64,000 nucleotides of DNA from an uncultured Candidatus Saccharibacteria bacterium (GTDB taxonomy: Bacteria; Patescibacteriota; Saccharimonadia; Saccharimonadales; CAZLTB01). Shown here one piece after another: positions 16,407 through 25,952 of the stretch. Both the position numbers and the translations under genes were made by a program. The stretch covers positions 1,200 through 65,199 of the forward strand of contig CAZLTB010000002.1 of assembly GCA_964562505.1 (NCBI GenBank), given 5' to 3'. Each line of letters opens with the position of its first letter. Within the stretch, counting starts at the first letter, position 1. The notes beneath the pieces are model-generated. The model was not told the DNA's origin, searched no databases, and was given only the letters and a program-made list of their open reading frames with translations.

Positions 16407-16418
16407 AGTAATCCGAGT

Positions 16419-18602
16419 TTAAGTTTGTGCAGTTTCGTCGGGCATATCGTCGTAGACATCCTCTTCATCAGCACCTGAGTTACCACCAAAAACTTCATCC
16501 ATTGACCTAATTAACACTTCTCTTGGCCGATTACCATCAGCATTGCCAATAATACCTTGCTCTTCCATAGTCTCAATCAGTCTGGCTGCTCTTCCATAAC
16601 CTATACGCAGGCGTCTTTGTAATAAACTCGTGCTAGCTTTGCCCCCCTCAATAACTACCTGGACAGCATCACGCCACATATCATCATCTGCGCCTTGGCC
16701 ACCATAGTCAGCCACAATACCACCCCTACCGTTAAGTTGGACGGGCTGAGTGATAACCTCGTTGTTATAGTTAGGTGGTCTTTGATCCCTGAGAAATTCT
16801 GTCAATTTGTTTGTTTCGGCCCCGGTAATTAGTGCACCCTGAACGCGTATGGGACGTGGGATATCTGTTGTCTTGAACAGCATATCACCCTTGCCTAGCA
16901 GTTTTTCAGCCCCCAGTTGATCAATGATAATCCGGCTGTTGACCTGGTCTTTGACCGCAAAGGCAATCTGTGCGGGTACATTTGCCTTAATAATACCCGT
17001 AACAATATTTGCATCCGGCCGCTGTGTAGCCAATACCAGGTGTATGCCAGCAGCACGGGCTTTTTGAGCAACGCGAGCAATCAATGCTTCTACGTCACGG
17101 CTAGCTACCATCATAAGATCTGCCAGCTCATCAATTACAATCACTATATGAGGCATGCCTTCTTCTTTTTTAAGCGCATTATAGCCTTGAATGTCTCGTT
17201 GTCTGATCTCAGCAAATGTTTTGAGTCTGCGCTCCATTTCTGCGACCGCCCATTTAAGCGCACTTATGCACTTTTCTGGTTCGGTAACGACAGGCGCCAA
17301 TAGGTGTGGTATATCTTCGTATGGTGCCATTTCCACGTGTTTAGGATCAACCAGGATCAATTTCAAGTCAGACGGAGTGTTGCGATATAAAAAACTGGCA
17401 AGTAAAGTGTTAATCATAACTGATTTACCGGATTTTGTTTGGCCGGCTATCAAAAGATGAGGCATTTCCTCTAGATCAGCCACCACTGGTGAACCGGCAA
17501 TATCTTTACCTACTACAAATGAAAGCATCCCTTTCGCAGCTGGCCATTCTGGACTGCTTAATAAACCTCGGAGTGTTACTGTAGCCGGACGTACGTTTGG
17601 CACTTCAATGCCAACAGCTCGTTTGCCAGGTATAGGAGCTTCCATACGAATACTCGTTGCAGCTAAATCAAGTGCAAGATTATGTTCAAGAGCTGTTAGT
17701 TTAGTTAGTTTTACTCCAGAAGGAGGACGAAGGGTATACTGAGTAACTCTGGGGCCCACATTAGCACCCTCTACATCAACATCAATGCCAAAATTAGAAT
17801 AAGTTTCTTTAATGATTTCGGCATTGCCCTTAACATCACCGGCATCAGCTTTGTCTTGTTTAGAACTTAGCAGATCGAGCGACGGGAACTCCCAGTCAGG
17901 GTCACTGGCCGTAGTTAGTGCTGCCTTGTTAGATTCAGGAACCGGTTTTTGGGGAGAGAGTTTGGCGCGTTCGCGTTCGCTATAATGTTCTACCGGCACG
18001 CCTTCATTAAGCTTAAACTCACTATCTTGAGCTCTTGCTTTAAGTTCCGCTAGATCCGTGTCATCTTCCTCAGAACGTCTAAACATTTCCGCGGCTTTCA
18101 AAAGAACTTTTGGTGAAATGCCAAATGCTAAGAAGAACAATAGGAGTGTAAAGACAAAGAACAGTAGTGCCGCCGGTATTTTGTCAATTGCACTTAGAGT
18201 AACCCCGCCTACCTGTTTACCAATTTCCCCTCCGTGCCCGCCTGCAAAAGCACCGGCGTCAGTAGTGCCCACAAAGGCAACGTGGAACCAGCTAGCTGCT
18301 GTAATCAAAAGAATTATCATACTAACAAATTTAGCTAAAGGAATCTGGCGGTCTTCGCTTACAAATTTGTGGACACCGAAGAAAATAAGCGCCACAGGAG
18401 TTAAGTAAGCAGCCCATCCAAGGCTCCAGTATGCCCCTTGGAATAGACCTTTGGGCAGTGGGCCGCCGGCCCCAAAACCACCCAGTAATATAAAGAGCGC
18501 CAATAGCATCATTAATATAGCACCGGCTAAAGGCCAAAAAGCCGAGCGCTCTGTATATTCAGGCTGAGCTTTTTTTCTTGTTTGCTTTTTCTTTTTTGCC
18601 AT
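16419..18602 (-). CDS. ftsK: DNA translocase FtsK/SpoIIIE
   Basis: 727 aa with N-terminal TM helices, Walker A AGQTKSGKSV, the FtsK motor domain and a gamma-like winged helix (LLQRRLRIGYGRAARLIE). Confidence 0.95.
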   Translation of the reverse strand: MAKKKKQTRKKAQPEYTERSAFWPLAGAILMMLLALFILLGGFGAGGPLPKGLFQGAYWSLGWAAYLTPVALIFFGVHKFVSEDRQIPLAKFVSMIILLITAASWFHVAFVGTTDAGAFAGGHGGEIGKQVGGVTLSAIDKIPAALLFFVFTLLLFFLAFGISPKVLLKAAEMFRRSEEDDTDLAELKARAQDSEFKLNEGVPVEHYSERERAKLSPQKPVPESNKAALTTASDPDWEFPSLDLLSSKQDKADAGDVKGNAEIIKETYSNFGIDVDVEGANVGPRVTQYTLRPPSGVKLTKLTALEHNLALDLAATSIRMEAPIPGKRAVGIEVPNVRPATVTLRGLLSSPEWPAAKGMLSFVVGKDIAGSPVVADLEEMPHLLIAGQTKSGKSVMINTLLASFLYRNTPSDLKLILVDPKHVEMAPYEDIPHLLAPVVTEPEKCISALKWAVAEMERRLKTFAEIRQRDIQGYNALKKEEGMPHIVIVIDELADLMMVASRDVEALIARVAQKARAAGIHLVLATQRPDANIVTGIIKANVPAQIAFAVKDQVNSRIIIDQLGAEKLLGKGDMLFKTTDIPRPIRVQGALITGAETNKLTEFLRDQRPPNYNNEVITQPVQLNGRGGIVADYGGQGADDDMWRDAVQVVIEGGKASTSLLQRRLRIGYGRAARLIETMEEQGIIGNADGNRPREVLIRSMDEVFGGNSGADEEDVYDDMPDETAQT

Positions 18603-18623
18603 AAGCTCTGTTTATTATATCAT

Positions 18624-19247
18624 TTACCCCTGATCTTGGGAAGTTCCAAGCCTGCGCAAAGCTCTTGTTATTGTGCGCCGATCGGCATCATTTATTATCT
18701 GATTGATTTTGGTATTTGCGTCCGGCTCTCTAGTTTTAATGAATTTCCAAAAACCAGATAGACCAATACGTCTAGCAAAAGCATCGAACTCTGGTGTATT
18801 TTTATGATCTAAATCCCAATTTCCTTCGCCTTTTAAAACAGCTTCGCTTTTATCTGTAAAAAAGATTATTCCGTCAAAGCATGTACTAGCAATATGTTTA
18901 CGGAAACTGATGTGTCCTACTAGCTGCCTGTCCGAAAGTAACTCATTTTGTGGAGTAAATATTGGTGAAAGAAATTCACTGCCCATGGTGTTATAAGCAG
19001 CCACTTCGAAGCGCTCAGCCACTTTTACCTCTTCGTCACGATCAAAAGTAGCTATTCTTCCAATAGTCTCGTATGGCCACATACCGCTTGCCCGTACATT
19101 TTCTTCTTCATACATCATCAGGGTACGGCTTGGCGTTAAATCAAACCCTGCAATCTCTGTTAGCTTAGTGGCTTCATCATATAATTCACGGAATGATACC
19201 CCCCAGGTTGCTTTGTTTTCAGGAAGTTCACTAGTGGTCATGAACAT
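18624..19247 (-). CDS. Hypothetical protein
   Basis: 207-aa ORF with normal coding composition, packed tightly after the upstream gene. No family recognised. Confidence 0.5.
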   Translation of the reverse strand: MFMTTSELPENKATWGVSFRELYDEATKLTEIAGFDLTPSRTLMMYEEENVRASGMWPYETIGRIATFDRDEEVKVAERFEVAAYNTMGSEFLSPIFTPQNELLSDRQLVGHISFRKHIASTCFDGIIFFTDKSEAVLKGEGNWDLDHKNTPEFDAFARRIGLSGFWKFIKTREPDANTKINQIINDADRRTITRALRRLGTSQDQG

Positions 19248-19331
19248 ATTATAGCAAAAATTACATCATTTGTCAATTTTTCTGGTAAAGGAAGGTTTCT
19301 TGGAGCCCTCTTAAATTACCGCTTTATTAAC

Positions 19332-19709
19332 TTAATTAGTTGGTGGCGTTTGTTGTTCTGTTGAAGGAGTTATTTCACCAGGGTTTACCGCAGTCGTAGG
19401 ATCATGCTCGGGATCGCTTGGGATAGTGGTGCCGATTTCTCCAGGGGGCTGAATCCCGGGTGGCTTTGGTCCTAAATTATTCGGAGTCGTAGTGGTTACA
19501 GGAGGACGAATTGTAGTGGTTACAGGACGAGTTGTAGTAGTGCTGACATACGGTTCTGTAACGATGTTTTTATCGTCTACTTGACTCTCGCTTGAGGCAG
19601 CTTCAAGAGCTCTTTGAGCCATTAACTCGCCAGCTGTTGGTGCATTAATTTTCAAAGGTCCCAGAGCTTGAGCATCGATAGGAGGTAAACCTTTCCGTTC
19701 GTTTTCCAT
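19332..19709 (-). CDS. Hypothetical Thr/Pro-rich protein
   Basis: 125-aa ORF containing a short internal repeat (TTTRPVTTTIRPPVTTTTP). No TM segment seen. Confidence 0.4.
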   Translation of the reverse strand: MENERKGLPPIDAQALGPLKINAPTAGELMAQRALEAASSESQVDDKNIVTEPYVSTTTTRPVTTTIRPPVTTTTPNNLGPKPPGIQPPGEIGTTIPSDPEHDPTTAVNPGEITPSTEQQTPPTN

Positions 19710-19804
19710 TGTAGCCTTTCGTAATTTAGATATTTTTGAATTTTTTATTATTTAAAACAACTCGGATATTATACTTGATTGTAATGGCTTTGTCAATGAT
19801 GTGT

Positions 19805-21841
19805 TTAGTCTATTCGGGCATCTTGGCCAAGTAATCTAGCGCGCATTTCTTCAAATCGTCGCTGTTGCTCTGCTGCAATTTCATCGGGACTAGGTTCAAT
19901 AACATTAGCCTCGTTTTTACTTGGCTGCTTTGTTTTATCACCACCAGCACTTTTACCCCCAATAACGTTGACCACCGGGATAACTATTGGGCTACGGCCG
20001 GTATATTCAAATAAGAAGTGGGTCACGTGCTCTTTTAGCTCTTGTTTGAAGCGATCAAGGTCAACACGTTTGAAGCGCTGTCCTACAGCACGTTTAAGCT
20101 CAATCCTAAAGTTGTTCATTAGTTCTTCGCTATCACGCATATATATGAAGCCACGGCTGATGATATCCGGGCTAGTTAGCAGGTTGCCGTTCTTTTTATC
20201 TACGGTCAAAACTACCGCCACTAAGCCTTCTTCGGCCAACATTAAGCGGTCTTTGATCACGACATTGCTTACTAAAGCACCGGTTTGATCAACTAAAAGC
20301 ATGCCTACTGGTACCGAACCAACTTTTTCCATCTTATCAGCTGTAAATGTAAATATTTCCCCGTTATTTATGTAGCTCAGATTCTTCCGCGGAAAGCCTC
20401 TGCTAACTGCTTCTTCGTTATGATACTTCTGAGCTCTATAGGCACCATAAATTGGCAACATGAACTTCGGTTTTGTCATGTCAATCATTTCCATGTATTC
20501 GTCAATCGAACAGTGTCCACTAACGTGAAGTGGCCCACAGCCATCAACTTCATGGGTCATATGCCTATAAACATGCACGTTTTTGCGCATTAGGTCATCC
20601 ACCATTTCGCCGATAAGTTTATCGTTACCACTTTCAGGTATAGGAGTACTGGAGAGGATAACGGTGTCCTGCTCCTTGAGTTTGATGTGTTTGTGGTCGC
20701 CTTCAGCCATACGCTGCAATGCGGAATTCGGTTCACCTTGTGAGCCAGTACACACAACCACAATTTCTTCATCCTTCATATTGGGCACATTAGCAATAGG
20801 CACAAAAGTACCTTTAGGAATACGAATCATGCCATGTTTAACTGCGACTTCAAGAGTACTCATCATGCTACGTCCATCCATGGCAATTTTACGTCCATGT
20901 TCTGTCGCAGCATTTACTAGCATTTGGATACGGTTGATATTACTTGAGAAAACAGCTACAAATACACGTCCTGGAGCCCTTGCAAACAGATCGACAAAAG
21001 TTGGTTCAATTGTACTCTCACTGGGTGTGCGGCCAGGTCGCTCGGCGCACATACACTCATTAAGTAGTAATAAAACGCCTTCCTTGCCTAGTTCTTTAAG
21101 CCGATCTGTATCGCTGCGTTCATGATCAAGTGGATTAGGATCTAGACGATAATCGCCAGTGCAAATTATACGCCCGACTGGGGTATCAACAACTACACAG
21201 GTTGAACCTGGTATTGAATGAGTAATACGCACTAGTTCAACAAAGAACGGCCCGACTTTTAGTCGTTCATGTGTTTCTTCATTCATGGTAATCGTTTCCA
21301 GCTGAAAGCCTTCGGGCATTGGTAGGCCGAAATTTTCAAACTGGCGTTCAACCATGCCTATAGTAAATTTAGAGCCGTAAATTGGTGCTGGATACTGTGG
21401 CAAAATGTGTGGCAGACCGCCTATATGATCAAGATGTCCGTGCGTTATAACGTATCCACGCAATTTGTGCTTAATCGACTCAAGATATACAGGATCAGCA
21501 ACACCATAATTAATACCCGGTAAGTCAACTCCTAGATCATTGCCACAATCTATAACGATAGCATCATTCATATACTCGACAACTATCATATTTTTTGAGC
21601 CACCGGCGTCCATGCCGCCGATGCCAATTACTTTAAGTTTGGGGCTATCGTCAATGAAATTAGCCCTTGGTCTGTCCTCTTTAGTAGCTTGGTTAGTGTC
21701 AAAATATTGATTAATCACTCGCTGGGCATCTTCGTGTGTCCGTTTTTGAGCGCGTATTGCCGCCCCTCTGGAGCTAGCACGAACAGTCCCATTTTGCTTG
21801 GAGTTACTGTTCGATTTGTTTGAGTTTGTTTTGTCTGTCAT
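19805..21841 (-). CDS. rnj: Ribonuclease J
   Basis: 678 aa with a metallo-beta-lactamase/beta-CASP core (VITHGHLDHIGGLP). The domain order is RNase J-typical, with Lys/Asn-rich N- and C-terminal extensions. Confidence 0.9.
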   Translation of the reverse strand: MTDKTNSNKSNSNSKQNGTVRASSRGAAIRAQKRTHEDAQRVINQYFDTNQATKEDRPRANFIDDSPKLKVIGIGGMDAGGSKNMIVVEYMNDAIVIDCGNDLGVDLPGINYGVADPVYLESIKHKLRGYVITHGHLDHIGGLPHILPQYPAPIYGSKFTIGMVERQFENFGLPMPEGFQLETITMNEETHERLKVGPFFVELVRITHSIPGSTCVVVDTPVGRIICTGDYRLDPNPLDHERSDTDRLKELGKEGVLLLLNECMCAERPGRTPSESTIEPTFVDLFARAPGRVFVAVFSSNINRIQMLVNAATEHGRKIAMDGRSMMSTLEVAVKHGMIRIPKGTFVPIANVPNMKDEEIVVVCTGSQGEPNSALQRMAEGDHKHIKLKEQDTVILSSTPIPESGNDKLIGEMVDDLMRKNVHVYRHMTHEVDGCGPLHVSGHCSIDEYMEMIDMTKPKFMLPIYGAYRAQKYHNEEAVSRGFPRKNLSYINNGEIFTFTADKMEKVGSVPVGMLLVDQTGALVSNVVIKDRLMLAEEGLVAVVLTVDKKNGNLLTSPDIISRGFIYMRDSEELMNNFRIELKRAVGQRFKRVDLDRFKQELKEHVTHFLFEYTGRSPIVIPVVNVIGGKSAGGDKTKQPSKNEANVIEPSPDEIAAEQQRRFEEMRARLLGQDARID

Positions 21842-21872
21842 AAATTCTTATTATCCTTTCAAATTCAAATAA

Positions 21873-22442
21873 TTAAATGAGCTCTAAAATGGTTGGGATT
21901 TTAGCAAAGTCATCTATTAGCGTTTGTTTCATACCGCTGTTATAAAGCGCTGCTGCGGGGTGAAACAAAGGCAGGTAGACTCGCCCTTTGTGGCGTTTAG
22001 GCTGGCCGTGTACAGAACTAATTTGTAGTTGTGGTAGAAAACAGTTTAGACTGTGGCGACCTAGAGTAATGGTAATTTTCGGGTTAATTACATCTAGTTG
22101 TTTCTCCAAATAAGGCAGGAAAGCTTCTTTTTCATCTGGATATGGATCTCGATTATTAGGTGGTCGATACTTAACAATATTGGTTATGTATACATCTTCG
22201 CGCTTAAGCCCAATCATCTCGAGCATTTCATTTAAAAATCTGCCAGCTGCACCTACAAATGGTTTGCCTTGCAAGTCTTCATTCTTGCCCGGCGCTTCTC
22301 CGATGAAAACCAGTTCAGCGTCAATATTTCCATCACCAAATACTAGATTTGTAGCCTGGTTTGCCAATTCTTTACAAACCCCGTCAGCCACAATCCTGGC
22401 TTGAATTTCATCCAACTCTTTTTGCTTGTCCTTGACTGTCAT
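21873..22442 (-). CDS. Uracil-DNA glycosylase, family-4-like (no Fe-S cysteines)
   Basis: Motif A FIGEAPGKNED, motif GKPFVGAAG and the C-terminal motif PLFHPAAAL. The ATG at 22442 is preferred because it abuts the stop of the upstream small ORF. Confidence 0.8.
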   Translation of the reverse strand: MTVKDKQKELDEIQARIVADGVCKELANQATNLVFGDGNIDAELVFIGEAPGKNEDLQGKPFVGAAGRFLNEMLEMIGLKREDVYITNIVKYRPPNNRDPYPDEKEAFLPYLEKQLDVINPKITITLGRHSLNCFLPQLQISSVHGQPKRHKGRVYLPLFHPAAALYNSGMKQTLIDDFAKIPTILELI

Positions 22443-22443
22443 A

Positions 22444-22632
22444 TTACTTATTAAATTTAAATGCATGGCTTATTAACCGAACTGCGTATATCAAAAACAA
22501 TAAACATGCTAAGTACTCCCAGTAGCTACCGGTGTCGATTGCTCTTGAGCCAACTATGTATGCCAGAAGTAGTACAATAATTCCACTAATTAAAAGCCTG
22601 GGTTGATTTTTCTTGGTCAAAAAACCCTTCAT
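22444..22632 (-). CDS. Small two-TM membrane protein
   Basis: 62 aa with two hydrophobic helices. It begins 3 nt after pnp and ends 1 nt before the UDG gene. Confidence 0.45.
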   Translation of the reverse strand: MKGFLTKKNQPRLLISGIIVLLLAYIVGSRAIDTGSYWEYLACLLFLIYAVRLISHAFKFNK

Positions 22633-22635
22633 AGT

Positions 22636-24762
22636 CTATTTAGACTCCCTCGCAGCCTGTTTCATGCTTAGCTGCAAACGACCTTTTTCATCAATTGCTA
22701 CTAGTTTCACGGTAACTAAATCGCCTTCTTTGACCACATCGCTTGGTTTGTTGACACGCTCTTCTTTCATCTCACTGACATGAACTAAACCATCTTTTCC
22801 AGGCATTATCTGGACAAATGCACCGAAGTCCATAACGCTTACGACTGGCACGTCCTTGTAGATTTTACCAACCTCTGGCTCTGCAGTCAGGTGCTTTATA
22901 TATTGTATAGCGCCATCTATAGATTTTTTATCTGGGCTAGCAATAAATACGGTACCGTCGTCCTTAATATCAATTTCGGCACCTGTTTCAGCGATAATTT
23001 TATTAATCGTTTCGCCGCCTTTTCCGATAACTTCACGGATCTTCTCCGGATTAATTTTGATGGATTCAACACGAGGCGCATAAGGGCTCATTTCCTGGCG
23101 TGGAACTGGTAGAGTATCAATCATATGTTTAAGAATCTCTTTTCGGCCCGTTTTGCCCTGTTCTAGAGCTGCCTTAAGCACATCTATCCCTAACCCATGT
23201 ACTTTCATATCCATTTGAAGAGCTGTTATGCCTTTATCTGTGCCAGCTACCTTGAAATCCATATCACCCGCAAAATCCTCAGCATCAGCAATATCACTTA
23301 ATATATATTGCTTGTTGCCATCTAGCATTAAGCCCATAGCTATGCCACTGACAGGACGAACAAGTGGTACGCCTGCATCCATAAGGGCTAAGCAGCTAGA
23401 ACAAGTAGCGGCCATAGAGGTACTTCCGTTCTGGCTCATAATTTCTGTAACAGAGCGTACGGTGTACGGAAAAGTCGCTACATCTGGTAAAACTGGCTCT
23501 AGTGCCCGTTCAGCCAGATATCCATGACCAATCTCTCGTCTCCCGGGACTACCAAGCCTTCTAACTTCACCAACAGTGTAGCCAGGAGCATTGTAATGAT
23601 GAAGATAGCGTCGCTCACCTTCTTTTTCCATAGTATCAACAAGCTGCACATAGCTAAGGGGCGCTAGGGTTACTACGTTTAAGGCCTGAGTAACACCTCG
23701 AGTAAATAAACTGGATCCGTGGGCCCTGGGGAGTAGTCCAACTTCACTGGAAAGTGGACGAATTTCGGTTAACTTTCGGCCATCTGGACGAATATTATCC
23801 TCAATTATGCCTTTACGTACGTCTTTATGGAGCGCCATCGTAAAGGCCTCGTTGTACTCGCTTTTTGCACCTAAGAATTCTTCTCCGAGTTTTTCCTCAA
23901 AATACAGATGCATTGATTCGCGTAGTTGCTGAACCAAGTCATTTCTCTCTGGATAAGGAGCTCTTAGACCAGAGCCCAGTTTACCTTCCACCCATTTTTC
24001 GACAGCTTCTTGGATATTCTCATCGGGTAACGTTAGTTCATATTTCTGTGGAGTGGCACCGACTTTGCTGACTAATTCTTGTTGAAGTTTTATAGCTGGT
24101 TGGATTGCTTTTTGGGCAAATTCCAGGGCTTCGATAACTTGACTCTCAGTTGCTTCGTTAGCGCCGGCTTCAACCATCATAATGGCATCTTTTGTACCAG
24201 CGACCACTAGGTCAAGTGTCCCTTTATTCAATTCTTCAGCTGTCGCAAACGGCACAAGTTTACCGTCTATCATACCAACCCTGAGTCCCGCTACTGGACC
24301 ATCAAACGGTGCGCCGGACAGTACGAAGGCAGCACTCATAGCGATCATAGCGATCATATCAGGACGAAAGTCAGGATCCATGCTTAAAACCGTAGCCACA
24401 CCTTGGACTTCGTGACGATAGCCTTTTGGCCAGAGGGGTCGAATAGGTCGATCAATCAATCTACCTATTAAAACGGCGTCATCGCTTGGGCGACCTTCAC
24501 GCTTAATAAACCTTGAGCCGCTGATTTTGCCAGCGGCATACATCTTTTCTTCGTAATCAATAGATAGTGGGAAGTAGTCAAAGCCATGTACTGGTTCAGT
24601 GCTTACCATCACGGTTCCCAGTACTACGGTGTCACCGTAGCGGGCAACAACTGACGCACTAGTACGAAAGCCGACTCGGCCGACTTCCAAGCTCAATTTA
24701 CGACCGCAAAAGTCGGTCTCGACAGATATTATTTTCTTTCCAAAGGGATTTATTGTTCCCAT
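22636..24762 (-). CDS. pnp: Polyribonucleotide nucleotidyltransferase (PNPase)
   Basis: 708 aa with two RNase PH domains, a KH domain (KIREVIGKGGETINKI) and an S1 domain (GAFVQIMPGKDGLVHVSE). Confidence 0.97.
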   Translation of the reverse strand: MGTINPFGKKIISVETDFCGRKLSLEVGRVGFRTSASVVARYGDTVVLGTVMVSTEPVHGFDYFPLSIDYEEKMYAAGKISGSRFIKREGRPSDDAVLIGRLIDRPIRPLWPKGYRHEVQGVATVLSMDPDFRPDMIAMIAMSAAFVLSGAPFDGPVAGLRVGMIDGKLVPFATAEELNKGTLDLVVAGTKDAIMMVEAGANEATESQVIEALEFAQKAIQPAIKLQQELVSKVGATPQKYELTLPDENIQEAVEKWVEGKLGSGLRAPYPERNDLVQQLRESMHLYFEEKLGEEFLGAKSEYNEAFTMALHKDVRKGIIEDNIRPDGRKLTEIRPLSSEVGLLPRAHGSSLFTRGVTQALNVVTLAPLSYVQLVDTMEKEGERRYLHHYNAPGYTVGEVRRLGSPGRREIGHGYLAERALEPVLPDVATFPYTVRSVTEIMSQNGSTSMAATCSSCLALMDAGVPLVRPVSGIAMGLMLDGNKQYILSDIADAEDFAGDMDFKVAGTDKGITALQMDMKVHGLGIDVLKAALEQGKTGRKEILKHMIDTLPVPRQEMSPYAPRVESIKINPEKIREVIGKGGETINKIIAETGAEIDIKDDGTVFIASPDKKSIDGAIQYIKHLTAEPEVGKIYKDVPVVSVMDFGAFVQIMPGKDGLVHVSEMKEERVNKPSDVVKEGDLVTVKLVAIDEKGRLQLSMKQAARESK

Positions 24763-24913
24763 TTATTTCCTTTCTGATCGGATACAAGATTCAAGTGTCC
24801 GGCACAAGCGGATACCTGTGTCCTGCCTCCGATGATTTACTAATGTTCTAGAATTTAGATTCTAGATTTTGGATACTTGGTTGAGCATCCAATGTCCAAT
24901 CTCTAAGGCCTAG

Positions 24914-25180
24914 TTATCTTCGAATTCCAAGTTTTTTAACTAAATCAAGATAGGCTTTGCTGTCTTTCTCGGCAATGTATTTCAGTAGCTTCTTACGTTT
25001 GCCAACGGCCTGCAATAAACCGCGGCGAGCCATAAAGTCATGCTTATGAGTTTTTAAATGCTCTGTTAATTCGCGAACGCGCTCTGTCAAAATACCTGCC
25101 TGTACGGCACTGCTACCGGTATCGTCTTTCTTGGTCTGTAAGTCAGCAACTATCTTCTGTTTCTTCTCCGATGAAATCAT
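24914..25180 (-). CDS. rpsO: 30S ribosomal protein S15
   Basis: 88 aa containing TGSSAVQAGILTERVRELTEHLKTHKHDFMARRGLL, in rpsO-pnp synteny. Confidence 0.96.
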   Translation of the reverse strand: MISSEKKQKIVADLQTKKDDTGSSAVQAGILTERVRELTEHLKTHKHDFMARRGLLQAVGKRKKLLKYIAEKDSKAYLDLVKKLGIRR

Positions 25181-25225
25181 GTAGCTCCTAATGTTTTCGT
25201 TAAAGAGATTAATGGCGTTGGGCGA

Positions 25226-25254
25226 ATTCTAGCACACTTTTATCTGTTAAGCAA
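25226..25254 (-). promoter_or_regulatory. Candidate promoter for rpsO (TTGCTT-17-TAGAAT with TG extension)
   Basis: The minus strand reads TTGCTT aacagataaaagtgtgc TAGAAT. It overlaps the 3' end of truB and lies about 45 nt upstream of the rpsO ATG. Confidence 0.35.
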
Positions 25255-25942
25255 GTATCTGAACATTTTTAGTAATCAATTCCTGGCTTATATTTTTCAT
25301 ATCAATGGCTTGAGTAATAAAATAGGTTCCTACCTGTATGCGGCGGAGAGTGGACATATATGCGCCCGTTCCTAGTTTTCTGCCGATATCCTCTACAAGT
25401 GAACGAATATATGTACCGGATGAAACCTCAGCGACAAATTTTATCTCCGGATATTTATAACTTGTCATTTGTAACTTGTATATTGTTATTTGCCTCGGTT
25501 CTAGTTCCACTTTTTTACCCGCTCTGGCAAGCTTGTAAGCTCGTTGCCCATTAACTTTGATCGCCGAATATGCCGGTGGTGTTTGCTCTAACTCGCCGAC
25601 AAACTGCTTTAATGTATCTTCTATTTCCTTGCCGCTGGGTACCCGTTTACTTATAGCTTGTTTTTCTCCCTCTTCATCTCCGGTGGTACTAGTTTCACCC
25701 AAACGCATTGTGACTTTGTAAGTTTTATTCAGTTTTGAAAATTCTGAAGCTTTTTTGGTGTAATTACCTATTAACAAGACAAGAAGTCCTGTGGCTAATG
25801 GGTCCAGCGTGCCAGTGTGTCCAACTTTAGGCTTGGAAATTCCACTCTTTTTGAGAATCCCTCTAACTTTGGCTACAACATCAAATGAAGTCCATTCAGA
25901 GGGTTTATCAACTAACAAAATGCCATTCACTATGAATAGCAT
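25247..25942 (-). CDS. truB: tRNA pseudouridine(55) synthase TruB
   Basis: 231 aa with the catalytic motif GHTGTLDPLATGLL. This is a short form without a clear PUA domain. Confidence 0.93.
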   Translation of the reverse strand: MLFIVNGILLVDKPSEWTSFDVVAKVRGILKKSGISKPKVGHTGTLDPLATGLLVLLIGNYTKKASEFSKLNKTYKVTMRLGETSTTGDEEGEKQAISKRVPSGKEIEDTLKQFVGELEQTPPAYSAIKVNGQRAYKLARAGKKVELEPRQITIYKLQMTSYKYPEIKFVAEVSSGTYIRSLVEDIGRKLGTGAYMSTLRRIQVGTYFITQAIDMKNISQELITKNVQILA

Positions 25943-25952
25943 ACCTTAGTAA

